Positions 46,785-57,713 of a DNA stretch of 64,000 bases are shown one piece after another. The position numbers and the translations under genes were made by a program. How positions within the stretch are numbered: position 1 is the first letter of the stretch; each line of letters begins with the position of its first letter. The notes under the pieces are model-generated. The model did not search any database, was not told the origin of the DNA, and saw only the letters and a list, made by a program, of their open reading frames with translations. Source of the stretch: a virus (lineage: Duplodnaviria; Caudoviricetes); IMG/VR virus record IMGVR_UViG_3300032312_001958; one strand, given 5' to 3'.

Positions 46785-47531
46785 TTAATCTTCTTCAGTT
46801 TTGATTATATTATCATAAAGTATTTTATATTTTTTCATACTTGTTCTAATTTCTTTAGTTGAAAGATTTGTCATTTCCCTTAGAGATAATAAAATTAAAT
46901 TTTTATTAAATTTATTATTATCAGAAGTTTGAAAAATTTGTTTGTAGTTTTCTAAAATATCACATAACGCAACTCCTAATTTATATTCATTGGTACTTTC
47001 ATGGAACTCATTTGATTTTTCCTTAACTATTTCTAATAGTTTAATTAAAATATTTTCTTTATTATCCTCGTCTTCGTCTATGTAGTAGGCCATACTCGGG
47101 TTATTTTCTAAATCACCTGATATATCTTCGTATGAAATTTTTCTGTTCTGTTCTTTTTGGTCTTTTAAAATTTGACCCATTAAATAATTTTTACAGATAG
47201 TACCAAAATACGAGTATGCTTTCTTTTCTTTTGACGGACTAAACTTTTCAATTTTAGTCATTAAAAAAGAATGTGTGTCAGTATGAATTTCATAAAAATC
47301 CATATCTTTTCGATATAATTTATACCTTCGTATAATTGAAGATATCATTTTATCTAAAGGGTGTCTTAAATAATCATTATAAATCTTGTTCTTTTCGTCA
47401 AAAGTAGAGGCGGTTAAAAACATTCTAACCGCCATCTCTTCTCGTTGGTCAAAGTAATTCTCATTTTCAGATTTACCTTTTTTACCCTTTTGAATGATTA
47501 TTGTTGTTTGTCCTGAATAATCATTGGTCAT
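46785..47531 (-). CDS. Phage late sigma factor (T4 gp55-like)
   Basis: NYF...E; II.RY; KF.P.K..KAYSYFGTICKNYL matches the sigma region-2 pattern of gp55-like proteins. Confidence 0.7.
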   Translation of the reverse strand: MTNDYSGQTTIIIQKGKKGKSENENYFDQREEMAVRMFLTASTFDEKNKIYNDYLRHPLDKMISSIIRRYKLYRKDMDFYEIHTDTHSFLMTKIEKFSPSKEKKAYSYFGTICKNYLMGQILKDQKEQNRKISYEDISGDLENNPSMAYYIDEDEDNKENILIKLLEIVKEKSNEFHESTNEYKLGVALCDILENYKQIFQTSDNNKFNKNLILLSLREMTNLSTKEIRTSMKKYKILYDNIIKTEED

Positions 47532-48337
47532 TAAACTTCTTGTGGTTCGTATTTTATGTTTCGGTCTTCAATAAAAAAGTATTCTTTTTTCGCGGAATTA
47601 ATCCAAAACTTAACCTCATCCTCCGATAATACGTTATCACCATTTTTGTAATTCCAAAAAATTCCTCCTTTTCGTAAATTCATATGTTTGTAACCTAATT
47701 TAGGTATTGTCATAATTTTTACTGAATTATATGTTAAACGTAAAAATAATTCGTACACAAAAGTTAATTTCATTGATGGTTTAAATCCTCCAAAATCAAT
47801 AAAAGTATCTTTTTTGATTACCATTCCTGATGTTTGAAAATTTTGGTAATTTTGTAAAGTTTCATTTGTTAAAAATCCCATTTCTTGACTGAAATTTGCT
47901 GCGAATGTTGCTTCATTAGTAAACCCCGCAAAAACCCCTTTATCATCAACATCAACAACAATAGGTAAAAAACAATTTACATCATCATAAACTTTTGAAT
48001 ATTTCTCAACATTTTTGAACCAAATTTTAGAATATTCATCGTCAAATTCAGCAATTGTTACCCATTTTGTTTTTGACTCTGCAACCCCTAAATTTACTTG
48101 TTCACAAAAATTAGGTTCTAAGTTCCATTCAATTTTTCTAACATTTAATGAACCAAAATCAAAAGATTTTAAATGTTCTACTAAAAGTGTTTCAGGGGTG
48201 TGTATAATTATTAATTCTTCGGGTTGAACTTCCTGATTCTGAATAGACTGTATTGATTTTTCAAAAAATTCAGTGAAAAAGGGAGAAACCGCTGATTTGA
48301 TTGGTAAAATTACCGTTAAGTCAATTTTGTTTTCCAT
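47531..48337 (-). CDS. GT2 (GT-A fold) glycosyltransferase
   Basis: LTVILP, SIQNQ..P.ELII, N.G, EFDD, GGF. Confidence 0.8.
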   Translation of the reverse strand: MENKIDLTVILPIKSAVSPFFTEFFEKSIQSIQNQEVQPEELIIIHTPETLLVEHLKSFDFGSLNVRKIEWNLEPNFCEQVNLGVAESKTKWVTIAEFDDEYSKIWFKNVEKYSKVYDDVNCFLPIVVDVDDKGVFAGFTNEATFAANFSQEMGFLTNETLQNYQNFQTSGMVIKKDTFIDFGGFKPSMKLTFVYELFLRLTYNSVKIMTIPKLGYKHMNLRKGGIFWNYKNGDNVLSEDEVKFWINSAKKEYFFIEDRNIKYEPQEV

Positions 48338-48338
48338 A

Positions 48339-49397
48339 TTATGCTTCTACTTTAAATTTATTAATTTGTTGTGAAAAATACTCTTCTCTAGCTCCCAAAT
48401 ACCTATCAAAAAGGTCAATTACAGTAGTACTGAATTTTTTATGGTCTTGGTAAGATTTAGAAGTTTCTAACCCATTAGAATATAATTTTTCAGAAATATT
48501 ATCCTCAATCCAATTTTGGATGTAATCTGCAGTGTAATCAATTAGTTTATCTGATTCAGTAACCCATATTCCATTATCTTGATTTAACCAACTTGGAGTA
48601 ATACTAGGTAAAAGCCCAATTACTGGACAATTTGAAGCCATAGATTCTAAAGGATATGTCCCAAAAGAACTTTGATTGTCTATCCAAACCGAAAGACAAG
48701 ACTCTTTTAATGTGTTTGAAAATTCTTCTTCAGATAATGCTCTCATATCTCTAAAAGTTACCCATCTGAATTGTGGGAATTTTAAATAGAATTTTTTAAT
48801 AAAATTCACACCATCTCTTTGTTCTCTCGAATGTACCGCGACAATAGGTTTTGCGGGGAATTTAGATACTGAGAATTTTTCAGAAATAACAGGCTCAATA
48901 ATATCGTATGATACATTTTTCATTATTGGAGAGATGTAATCTTTTAACCACTCACTAGTGATAATACATTTAGGAAATCCTAAAGATGACCAAGATTGTC
49001 CTGGTGATAATGTTTCAGTAATCCAATCCGCTGATTGACATAAAACAATTTTAGCACAAGGTAATTTTGTTATTTGAGGCATTATGTACCCAAAAATTTC
49101 AGGAATAATAACAAAATCTTCAGGAGAAATCTCCAATTGTTGTCCTTCTACTGATGTATGGGGTAATTCCATAAATTCGGAACCTAACCATTCTGAAACA
49201 CCAATGTAATCTTTTTGTTCATGTAAAATAATAGGATTATAACCATTATTTTTTAACGTCATAGCGATTCTATAAGTGTGGGCAACCGACGCTTTAGCGT
49301 TCCCTTTGGTGTCTTGAACAAAAAAATAAATTCTAACTGATTTATTTTTTAGGTTCTCAACAGACTTTTGTAATTTTTCTAAATTTGTTTGTTCCAT
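48339..49397 (-). CDS. GT-B fold (GT4-like) glycosyltransferase
   Basis: DFVIIPE; SFGTYPLESMASNCPVIG. Confidence 0.75.
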   Translation of the reverse strand: MEQTNLEKLQKSVENLKNKSVRIYFFVQDTKGNAKASVAHTYRIAMTLKNNGYNPIILHEQKDYIGVSEWLGSEFMELPHTSVEGQQLEISPEDFVIIPEIFGYIMPQITKLPCAKIVLCQSADWITETLSPGQSWSSLGFPKCIITSEWLKDYISPIMKNVSYDIIEPVISEKFSVSKFPAKPIVAVHSREQRDGVNFIKKFYLKFPQFRWVTFRDMRALSEEEFSNTLKESCLSVWIDNQSSFGTYPLESMASNCPVIGLLPSITPSWLNQDNGIWVTESDKLIDYTADYIQNWIEDNISEKLYSNGLETSKSYQDHKKFSTTVIDLFDRYLGAREEYFSQQINKFKVEA

Positions 49398-49410
49398 ATT
49401 TTATTTATTA

Positions 49411-49677
49411 TTAATATTTTTTTAATATTCCGATGTTTAATAACGTATTCCAAGCGAGTTTGTACGGAATACTTACCGCACTTTTAGGTCCCAACGCTTC
49501 ATCCGCGTCTTCTCTTTCAGTAATTAAAACATCAATCATAGTTTTAATCATTTCATATTTTACAACAGAAATATGTTGTTCAGTCTTACCCGACTCATCT
49601 GTAGTTGGTGCTAAATTTACTTGATTTTCAATAGATGAAATATCTAAGTAATAATGTTCATTAAATAAGGTCAACAT
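49411..49677 (-). CDS. Conserved hypothetical protein
   Basis: ORF track; operon context. Confidence 0.7.
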   Translation of the reverse strand: MLTLFNEHYYLDISSIENQVNLAPTTDESGKTEQHISVVKYEMIKTMIDVLITEREDADEALGPKSAVSIPYKLAWNTLLNIGILKKY

Positions 49678-50329
49678 ATTTTATGTCCTCAATTTTTTTA
49701 ATTAAATTTTTTATTGTATCTATCTCACAATTTGCAATTACATCTTTGTTATATGAAGTTTTAAATTTTACACATTTTTTAGGGTATAATTTAATTAATT
49801 CAGGATTTGAAGTAATAACTACATCATAGTTAGAAAGTTTTTTTTGTAAATTGTTATTATTGTAAAAAATAACCGAATCAATCAAACAACCAAACTTAGA
49901 AATAAAAAAAAGTGACGCTGGTTTTGATTTACCGGCACCTTTAGAAAAAATAGAAAACTCGTAATTTTCTTTATTACTCTCAATTAATTCATTCAAAACT
50001 ACAAACGTATCCATCTCAGTTGACGGAGCGTGACCAAAAATTTGCATTACAAAATCTTCGTACAAAAAATTATAAAAATCATACTCCGTTGGAAATTTAA
50101 AATGTTCTTTTAAATCTAAATTATTTATAGGATATGTCATTTCGTACCTAAATTCTTCTGTTAACTCGTTAAGTTCGGTATTACCTGATTCATCTAAAGT
50201 ATATGTTTTAATAGGTTCTGAAAACTCATCAGAAAAATTTTCTAAATAATTTTTTTCATATACTTGAGATATTTTTAAAAATGTATCTCTTAAAACTCCA
50301 TCTAAATCTACCCCAACTTTAGTTTTCAT
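49661..50329 (-). CDS. HAD-superfamily 5'(3')-nucleotidase-like protein
   Basis: VGVDLDGVLRD motif I; C-terminal SYN. Confidence 0.7.
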   Translation of the reverse strand: MKTKVGVDLDGVLRDTFLKISQVYEKNYLENFSDEFSEPIKTYTLDESGNTELNELTEEFRYEMTYPINNLDLKEHFKFPTEYDFYNFLYEDFVMQIFGHAPSTEMDTFVVLNELIESNKENYEFSIFSKGAGKSKPASLFFISKFGCLIDSVIFYNNNNLQKKLSNYDVVITSNPELIKLYPKKCVKFKTSYNKDVIANCEIDTIKNLIKKIEDIKYVDLI

Positions 50330-51056
50330 ATCTTTTTAAAATTTTAGAAATTATAGGGTTTCGAACAATGTCTTCGTCCCCAAAAACATGAATTGCAATA
50401 TCGTCAACGTCTTTAAATTTATCCAACGCGTCAAATAACCCCGAATGTTTTTTATCTTTATATCTATCAGTCTGTTCAATATCACCTGATATAAAAAATT
50501 TACTACTAAACCCAATACGAGTTAATAATAATTTCATTTGACTTGGGGATGAGTTTTGAGCCTCTTCAAATATAAGAATTGAGTTGTCAATGTTCATCCC
50601 TCTCATGTAAGCCAAAGCAAACACTTCAATTACTTCTATTTGTTTTAATTTTTCTCTTTGTTCTTTACCAATTATTTTATTTAATAAATAAAAAGATGGG
50701 AAAATATAAGGGTCTAATTTTTCTTCTAAATTTCCTGGTAAAGAACCTAATTTTTCCTCAGCTTCAACCGCCGGTCTTACTATGATTATTTTTTCATATG
50801 GACTTCTTGGGTCTTGTAACAAATCAACCGCACATTTCATTGCAATAAAACTTTTACCAACACCTGCCGGACCTGAACAAATTGTAATTTGATTGTTAAC
50901 TAATTTATCGTAATATTCTTCTTGTCCTTTTGATAAGAATTTATTTTTAGTCTTACCTTTAATAATTTGGCTAATTTGTTCCTTTTTACTAATCTTTGGT
51001 TTTACCTCTGTTTGAAAAGTTTGAGGTTCTTTAAGGGTTGTTTTTCTTCTAGTCAT
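50319..51056 (-). CDS. phoH: PhoH family ATPase
   Basis: GPAGVGKS, RPAVEA.EKLG.LPG, AYMRG, EEAQN, LLTRIG, GD..Q.D, DIVRNP. Confidence 0.95.
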   Translation of the reverse strand: MTRRKTTLKEPQTFQTEVKPKISKKEQISQIIKGKTKNKFLSKGQEEYYDKLVNNQITICSGPAGVGKSFIAMKCAVDLLQDPRSPYEKIIIVRPAVEAEEKLGSLPGNLEEKLDPYIFPSFYLLNKIIGKEQREKLKQIEVIEVFALAYMRGMNIDNSILIFEEAQNSSPSQMKLLLTRIGFSSKFFISGDIEQTDRYKDKKHSGLFDALDKFKDVDDIAIHVFGDEDIVRNPIISKILKRYEN

Positions 51057-52030
51057 ATTTTAATTGTATAATATTCCATCCAGTAGTCAATCATTTCATC
51101 TAACATACTTTCAAAAGTGTATTCATGTGACCAACTTGTTTTTTCTATCAATTTTGATGAGTCCCCTTTTAAGTCATGTAATTCTTCAGGTCTTAAAAAT
51201 TTCTCATCCTGAGTTACATACTCTCTATAGTCTAAACCTAAAGATGAGAATACGTAATCACAAAGTTCTCTTACTGAGTGTGATACCCCTGTCGAGCAAA
51301 CAAAATCATCTGAATTATCTAATTGTAATATTTGCCACATTGCTTTAACGTAATCTTTAGCATGACCCCAATCACGAGTCGCGTCAAGGTTACCTAATTT
51401 TAATTCATTAGAAAAACCTAATTTTATTTTAACCGCTTCTTTACAAACTTTATTAGTTACAAAATTAGTTCCTCGTCTTGGTGATTCGTGATTAAATAAG
51501 ATTCCATTAGATATGAACATACCATAAGAATTTCTATAATTACGACAAATGTTATAACTAAATACTTTTGCACATCCGTAAGGTGATACTGGATTCATTG
51601 GGGTAGTTTCTCTTTGATAACCATCAGAATCAATTGAATTACCAAACATTTCGGATGATGATGCTTGATAAATTTTAGTATTAGGTTTAATTAATTTCAC
51701 GGATTCAAGTAGATTTAAAGTACCTAAACCAGTAACATTAGATGTGTAGATTGGTTGGTCAAAAGAAATTCTAACGTGAGATTGTGCCGCTAAATTATAT
51801 ATTTCATCAGGCATTACTTTTTGTATTACAGATATTAAAGATGAAATATCAGTTAAATCCGCATAATGTAATTTAACCTTATCATAAACATTCTCTAATC
51901 TTGAGGTTTGATTTTCCGCAACAGAGTTTCTTTTTAATGTACCATGGACTTCGTATCCCTTCTCAAGTAATAGTTCGGATAGGTAAGACCCATCTTGTCC
52001 ATTTATACCTGTTATTAGTGCTTTTTTCAT
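51053..52030 (-). CDS. gmd: GDP-mannose 4,6-dehydratase
   Basis: ITGINGQDGSYL, YNLAAQSHV, QASSSEMFG, SPYGCAK, LFNHESPRRG, RDWGHAKDYV. Confidence 0.97.
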   Translation of the reverse strand: MKKALITGINGQDGSYLSELLLEKGYEVHGTLKRNSVAENQTSRLENVYDKVKLHYADLTDISSLISVIQKVMPDEIYNLAAQSHVRISFDQPIYTSNVTGLGTLNLLESVKLIKPNTKIYQASSSEMFGNSIDSDGYQRETTPMNPVSPYGCAKVFSYNICRNYRNSYGMFISNGILFNHESPRRGTNFVTNKVCKEAVKIKLGFSNELKLGNLDATRDWGHAKDYVKAMWQILQLDNSDDFVCSTGVSHSVRELCDYVFSSLGLDYREYVTQDEKFLRPEELHDLKGDSSKLIEKTSWSHEYTFESMLDEMIDYWMEYYTIKI

Positions 52031-52117
52031 ATTTAAATTATTTTATAACCACCAAATTGAGGTTTTCCATTCTTCTCTATCAGGATGTTCGTGTACTGAA
52101 AGTTTATCTAAAAATAA

Positions 52118-52726
52118 TTATTTATTTTTTTCGAAAACAGAAAATCCATTTCTTTCGTCTAGTTTATCATAAAGGGTAGTGAAATTATTACTATCTAATA
52201 TTTCTTGTCTTATTTTATTTGTTTTTAAAATATTACTATCATCTAAAACAACAATTCGAGTTCTATCTTTTAACTTTACCCATTCAGGGTAAGTTGTATA
52301 TTCCCCACCATCTAAAATTAATAAATCAATTTTTTCAGGTAATTTATCCAATATATTCTCAGCAGTTTTTAAATAATTCAAATCTTTTTCGTAGTATAGT
52401 TGAGCGTGGGCATCTGATTGAAAATCAATCGTTGAGTGGTCAAACCAATACACGTCGTCTAAATCTATAATTCTACCATTTAATAAATTAACATAAGATG
52501 AATATGGTTCTAAAAATTTTTTAGCAATTTCGTACATTTCTGGATACAATTCTAAGGAATAGAATTCTTTAGTTTCACTTTTATCAATTAAAGACTGTAT
52601 AACGCACATTGTTGAACCTTCTCCATTCCATGTACCTATTTCTACAATTGTTTTAACGTCTTCCCTACTTGATAGATTATATATTAAGTCTCCCCAAGGT
52701 GTGCCTATATTAATTTGACCTGCCAT
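52118..52726 (-). CDS. Class I SAM-dependent methyltransferase
   Basis: IVEIGTWNG.GST; IDLLILDGG; VLDD. Confidence 0.8.
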   Translation of the reverse strand: MAGQINIGTPWGDLIYNLSSREDVKTIVEIGTWNGEGSTMCVIQSLIDKSETKEFYSLELYPEMYEIAKKFLEPYSSYVNLLNGRIIDLDDVYWFDHSTIDFQSDAHAQLYYEKDLNYLKTAENILDKLPEKIDLLILDGGEYTTYPEWVKLKDRTRIVVLDDSNILKTNKIRQEILDSNNFTTLYDKLDERNGFSVFEKNK

Positions 52727-52744
52727 TTTTTAGTATATATTTTT

Positions 52745-53437
52745 TTATTCATTGGATAAGAATTGAGAATACTCATCTTGATTGTCTTTAATCCAATTAT
52801 GTTTGAAATTAAATATAGGATTTTCAGGTAATTCAATTCCTAAGATTGGATAAAATTCTTTTCTTACAAATATCATATTTCCGGTATGACAGACAAATTC
52901 ATATCCTTTTTGCTTCCCTAAATTATACATCGCATAAAAAGATGTATTGAATTCTTTGTCATAGTTATCGTTATTTTGATAATTTTTGAGTGGATTTATT
53001 CCTGAGTTTATTTCAATAATAACAATAATTGGTTTATAATTTTTTAGTGAGTCCCAATATTTATAATCTTCTGAATCAGTATCAATAGATAGTAATGTAA
53101 ATTCTTCAGGTATTGTAGTTTCAGAAAGAATTTGGTCTAAACTATTATTATTTAAATCCACGTATTTATTTATAGGGATTATATTTGGGTATTCTTTTGA
53201 GGTTTCTAATAATTCAATAAATTTACTTTCATCACCTTCAATCATCACAGAATTGAATCCTTCTTTTACTAATTTTAGAGTGTTACTAGCATTTTTTCCG
53301 TCCCAAGCACCAAACTCACAACACCACTTATCTTCTAAATTCAATCGTTTCAAAAGTTCTTCAATAACCCCATCTTCACCGTTTTGAGAGTTTATATTTT
53401 TATTATAGAGTTCATAAAAAAAATTTTCGTATTTCAT
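52745..53437 (-). CDS. FkbM-like methyltransferase
   Basis: SQNGEDG, EFGAWDG..SNT, LLSID.D..D, P.IVIIE.N. Confidence 0.8.
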   Translation of the reverse strand: MKYENFFYELYNKNINSQNGEDGVIEELLKRLNLEDKWCCEFGAWDGKNASNTLKLVKEGFNSVMIEGDESKFIELLETSKEYPNIIPINKYVDLNNNSLDQILSETTIPEEFTLLSIDTDSEDYKYWDSLKNYKPIIVIIEINSGINPLKNYQNNDNYDKEFNTSFYAMYNLGKQKGYEFVCHTGNMIFVRKEFYPILGIELPENPIFNFKHNWIKDNQDEYSQFLSNE

Positions 53438-53451
53438 AAGTCATCAATTAA

Positions 53452-54072
53452 TTATTTTTTTTTAAAAAAACCTTCACCAAAGTTACCTCCCCACCAAAAT
53501 TGGTCAATACAGGTAAATCCATTGTCATTTAAGAACCTTTGGATATCCTCAAACAAAGGACACCCTTGATATAGTTCATCGGAGTTTATCTCAACAACCA
53601 AATAATCAATATTTTTTAATGTTTTAATTGAGCCTTTAAGTACCTCTAATTCGTAACCCTGAACATCGATATTCATCATATTATATAGAGAATAATCAAA
53701 ATCCAAATCATCCAATCTATCCATCTCAACAACTTCTTTTTTATCAAAAACTATACTCGGAAATTGTCTTGTGTGTAGTTTCGGTTCCAAAATAGATGAC
53801 GACATCCCATTATTATTCGATTCAACGAACATCTCAATTTGTTTTTTTTCATTACCTAAAGCCTTTTTAACTAAAATGGTTCCGTCTTCATTACCAACTT
53901 TTTCAACTAAAGTTCTAAAATTAGAGTTTAGTGGTTCAAAAAAAATTTTATTCTTCGCACCTAATTCATTATATAATTCATTTTCTTGCCCAAAATGGGC
54001 ACCAACGTGAATTACACCTTTTATTTGCACATCGTGTTTCATAATGAAACCTTTAAATTCTAAGTTATTCAT
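53452..54072 (-). CDS. FkbM family methyltransferase
   Basis: IHVGAHFGQE, FEP, SSSILEP, NIDVQGYELEVLKG. Confidence 0.9.
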   Translation of the reverse strand: MNNLEFKGFIMKHDVQIKGVIHVGAHFGQENELYNELGAKNKIFFEPLNSNFRTLVEKVGNEDGTILVKKALGNEKKQIEMFVESNNNGMSSSILEPKLHTRQFPSIVFDKKEVVEMDRLDDLDFDYSLYNMMNIDVQGYELEVLKGSIKTLKNIDYLVVEINSDELYQGCPLFEDIQRFLNDNGFTCIDQFWWGGNFGEGFFKKK

Positions 54073-54107
54073 ACCATCTTTTTTTTGTTATTTTATTTTT
54101 TTTGATA

Positions 54108-54881
54108 TTAGATTAATTTTCTATCTTCTAAAAATTTATTTCCATAAAGAATATCTTTATGCTTTTCTAAGATTTTCGCAGCATTAGTATACATCAAGTC
54201 ACTATGTAAGTTATGATTTTTCTGTCTTGAGGTCCCCCAATTTAAGTCTGATTCATAATCTATCCAATACAAACCTGAAACTTTATTTAATTCTTTAAAC
54301 GCTCTCATTGAGATGTCCATATCATCATAATGTAACGGGGCGAAATATTCATCTAAATAATTTAATTTAACTACGTCACTATAATCATACATTAAAGGAC
54401 CTCTGTTACCATATTCTCTTGCATAAAAAATATCTCTTTGAGATGAACTTTTTGGTGAGACATCTATATAATTAATTTGTTTTGTATCCTCATTATATAT
54501 GTTATTATGGGCAACAAAAGAAGTAACTGCAAAAACGTCATTAAAATTTTGAAATGGTTTTAACATCCTCAAGTCAAAATCTTTTTCTTTTACAACCATG
54601 TCATCTTGAATTAAAATAACGTAATCGTTTTCAACTAATTTTAATCCTGCGTTATTTGCTTTAGTTTCAAAAACGTCGTCCGTATAAACGTAATCAACCT
54701 TTTTATTATATTTTTTTAAAATATTTTTGGATAAACTTTCACTATTATCCGTACAACCATCAAACACAACAATTATTTGTTCGTTTTTATCCGACAAGTT
54801 ATCTACCAATCCTTGACAAACTTTTTCAATTAAAAAGTCTTTATTATGAACTGTTAATACAGTTGTAATTTTTTTACTCAT
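54108..54881 (-). CDS. GT2 glycosyltransferase
   Basis: DGCTDNS, ANNAG, QDD, DD.D...RA. Confidence 0.85.
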   Translation of the reverse strand: MSKKITTVLTVHNKDFLIEKVCQGLVDNLSDKNEQIIVVFDGCTDNSESLSKNILKKYNKKVDYVYTDDVFETKANNAGLKLVENDYVILIQDDMVVKEKDFDLRMLKPFQNFNDVFAVTSFVAHNNIYNEDTKQINYIDVSPKSSSQRDIFYAREYGNRGPLMYDYSDVVKLNYLDEYFAPLHYDDMDISMRAFKELNKVSGLYWIDYESDLNWGTSRQKNHNLHSDLMYTNAAKILEKHKDILYGNKFLEDRKLI

Positions 54882-55549
54882 GGTTTGTATATATTATAAC
54901 TAATTTGATTATCAAAGTAATTAGAAAAATTTAATTTATGTTTAATTATTAAATTTGTTAAAATACTTTGGTCATGTCTGTGGAATTGCCAATTTTCAAA
55001 ATTTTTACCTAATTTAGAATCTTCATCATCTACAATCTGTTTTACACTACAATATTTCAAATATTCATTCATTAAATTAGTGTTATCATCAGTTTTTTTA
55101 ACAATAAAAAACCCAGCTTCAATTTGTGCGGTATTATGGTAGATTTCTGAATCACAATCCATCAATATAAAACAATCTCTTTTAGTGTGATATTTCTGAG
55201 GAGTTCTGTAACCACCCCAGTTACTAAAATAATAATCGTTACTTTGAAAAAAGTCTAAAACATCATTATAGTTTATATTAAGTATGTCTCCCGCGTCAGT
55301 GTAAATTACTATGTCATTTTGTTCTATAATATTAAAAGTATCTAAAATAATCTTAGGTTTCCAAAGCCAATATCCATCACCTACTTTACAATCTAAAACT
55401 TCTTTATTTTCCTCATAAAATTTATCTTTTTTTATATTTTCAGAATGGTATGGTAATACTATAAAACCTTTTTCTTCGTAGTATTTTTTTAAAAAATTTT
55501 CACGAACTCTAAATTTTTCGTTAGTGTAAAAACAAATATATACTTTCAT
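54878..55549 (-). CDS. Putative GT-A nucleotide-diphospho-sugar transferase
   Basis: GYWLWKPKII, YTDAG, HRHDQSIL. Confidence 0.7.
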   Translation of the reverse strand: MKVYICFYTNEKFRVRENFLKKYYEEKGFIVLPYHSENIKKDKFYEENKEVLDCKVGDGYWLWKPKIILDTFNIIEQNDIVIYTDAGDILNINYNDVLDFFQSNDYYFSNWGGYRTPQKYHTKRDCFILMDCDSEIYHNTAQIEAGFFIVKKTDDNTNLMNEYLKYCSVKQIVDDEDSKLGKNFENWQFHRHDQSILTNLIIKHKLNFSNYFDNQISYNIYKP

Positions 55550-55553
55550 ATTT

Positions 55554-56483
55554 TTAATATTTCATTTCGTTTAATAAAAATTTTACAGCGTTATCATACG
55601 TAGATGTAAAATTATTGTAAAGGTCATAAGATTGTTGAATGTTAAAATTATCCAAGTATTTTTTAATTTCGTACATAAATGAGTCAAAGTCTGACGTATA
55701 TGTATGTTCAGGAATTAACTCATTTTCAGTTTTAATTGGTAAATGTTCATATAAAAATAATCTACACCCATTGGCAGTAGATTCCCCCAACCTAACAGGG
55801 TATTCTAACCAAACAGGAGTGGCGGATTCCGATAAAGTTATTTTACTATTTTTATAATAGTTAAAACATTGTTCGGGACTAATAACTCCAACACTATCCC
55901 AACAATTAGTTAGTACGTTATATTTTTGACTAAGAATACCTAGTGCTCTGTTTACATTAGGTCTATTATTGATGGTACCAAAATAACAAATATCAATATT
56001 TTTTTCAGAAACAAATTCTTCAGGTTTTTCTGATAATGAACAAGGTAAATAACAAAATTTTAAATTTTCAATTGGTTCTGACGAAAAATTTAATAAATTA
56101 ACTCCTTCTTCACCTGACCTCATGTATTCAGGTCCATGATTTGTTACAAAATCATTAACTATTTTTTCATCAAAAATGTTACTTTTATAAGCGCAAATAA
56201 AATTAACATCTCTTCTTTTTTCAGATAATTCCTTCAATTTTGGTATATCAAAACATCCCCAAATAATGTGATGTTTAATATTTATTGTGTTATAGTAATC
56301 TATATTTGATATTAAATAATTTAATGATAACTCTCCAAAAACTATATCGTATGATTTTTTAGTACATTTAGTTATATCTAAAACCCATTCCGTTTCTCCT
56401 ATTTTTGAAAATGCGTTATAAAACCCTTCAATCTTTCTATGATTGAAATTTTCTTTACCTTCACCTAAAATTAATATATTCAT
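55554..56483 (-). CDS. Putative GT-B (CgeB-like) glycosyltransferase
   Basis: DICYFG...NR; Y..SKI.L; R..E..A.G. Confidence 0.65.
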   Translation of the reverse strand: MNILILGEGKENFNHRKIEGFYNAFSKIGETEWVLDITKCTKKSYDIVFGELSLNYLISNIDYYNTINIKHHIIWGCFDIPKLKELSEKRRDVNFICAYKSNIFDEKIVNDFVTNHGPEYMRSGEEGVNLLNFSSEPIENLKFCYLPCSLSEKPEEFVSEKNIDICYFGTINNRPNVNRALGILSQKYNVLTNCWDSVGVISPEQCFNYYKNSKITLSESATPVWLEYPVRLGESTANGCRLFLYEHLPIKTENELIPEHTYTSDFDSFMYEIKKYLDNFNIQQSYDLYNNFTSTYDNAVKFLLNEMKY

Positions 56484-57712
56484 ATTTTTTCTGATATTTT
56501 TTTTGATTGTATTACATTATCTTCTATTGAACAATAGGTCCATGAACCATACCTACCTATTGAATAAATTCCGTTTGGATTCCACTCGTTTGACCACTTT
56601 TCATATTTTTCATTTGAGTATTTGTTAATATGTACATATGCGGGATTTAAAACCAACATTTTATGTTCTAAAACATTGTGTCCATTAATCAACCCTACTT
56701 TGTTTAAATCGGATAAAACTGACTCAAATAATATTTCTTCATTAACTTCCTCATGTGAGGGTAAGCCAATTTCAACATATATACTCATCTTATCTGTTGA
56801 CATGATATTGTCGTAAAATCCAACTCTGTAAAAAATTTCATCTCCCGGATAATAAATCCAGTGACTATTAACCACTGACGGTTTATCAAACCCTATGTTA
56901 AAAACAACAACTTTGTTATGGTTAAAGTTTTCTGTACTTTCTCCATTAATTTCTAACAATTTTTTAAATGGTATTGTAGATACCAATTTATCAAAGGTGT
57001 ACGAGTTATTATTTGTTTTTAAAATTTTATTTTTTAAATCTATACGATTTACTCTTTCATTAATTTTAATTTTATCTTCAGGAATATCTTTAAGAATTGA
57101 TTTAATAAATTCAAACGCCCCTTCTTTTGGGTAGATAAAATTATCGTTATAAGATTTAAATGATTTACCACCTAATCCACTCATAAATTCATTAAAATTT
57201 ATGTTTGGAAAAAATCTTTTCATACAATCATAATCCAATAAATCTAAATTACATGAATATAATTTTTCATTATATGGGATTATAAATTTGTTTGAAATTG
57301 ATTCTCCTAAGTTACTATAGACATAATCTTTAAAGTTATTCACTTCTTTACTTTTTTCACAAAAAAATAAATCCTTTAAACAATCTATAAATTCTTTTTT
57401 CTCTAATTGATGTATGTTGTATTGAAACGGGAAATCAATGTAACTATTATTATAAAAAATTTTAGATATTTTTTTAACACTTAAAATTTCACATTCAATA
57501 TTTGAAGTTAATTTGTCTTTTATTTCTTCATTATTAAAGTGAAAAAAATGACCTGAGTAATCCCAAACAAAGTTCTCAGTTTTTATTGTTCTACAGTAAC
57601 CCCCAACCTCTTCTTCTGATTCTAAAACTAAATAATCTCTGTCTTTTAAATATGATGCTAAAGATAATCCTGAAATACCTCCACCAATTATTATAATTTC
57701 TTTATGTGTCAT
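56480..57712 (-). CDS. FAD-dependent oxidoreductase (UDP-galactopyranose mutase/HemY-like)
   Basis: IIGGGISGL, E....GG.CR, D..GHF, PYNEK, F.YP..G, GRYG.W.Y. Confidence 0.85.
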   Translation of the reverse strand: MTHKEIIIIGGGISGLSLASYLKDRDYLVLESEEEVGGYCRTIKTENFVWDYSGHFFHFNNEEIKDKLTSNIECEILSVKKISKIFYNNSYIDFPFQYNIHQLEKKEFIDCLKDLFFCEKSKEVNNFKDYVYSNLGESISNKFIIPYNEKLYSCNLDLLDYDCMKRFFPNINFNEFMSGLGGKSFKSYNDNFIYPKEGAFEFIKSILKDIPEDKIKINERVNRIDLKNKILKTNNNSYTFDKLVSTIPFKKLLEINGESTENFNHNKVVVFNIGFDKPSVVNSHWIYYPGDEIFYRVGFYDNIMSTDKMSIYVEIGLPSHEEVNEEILFESVLSDLNKVGLINGHNVLEHKMLVLNPAYVHINKYSNEKYEKWSNEWNPNGIYSIGRYGSWTYCSIEDNVIQSKKISEKI

Positions 57713-57713
57713 T

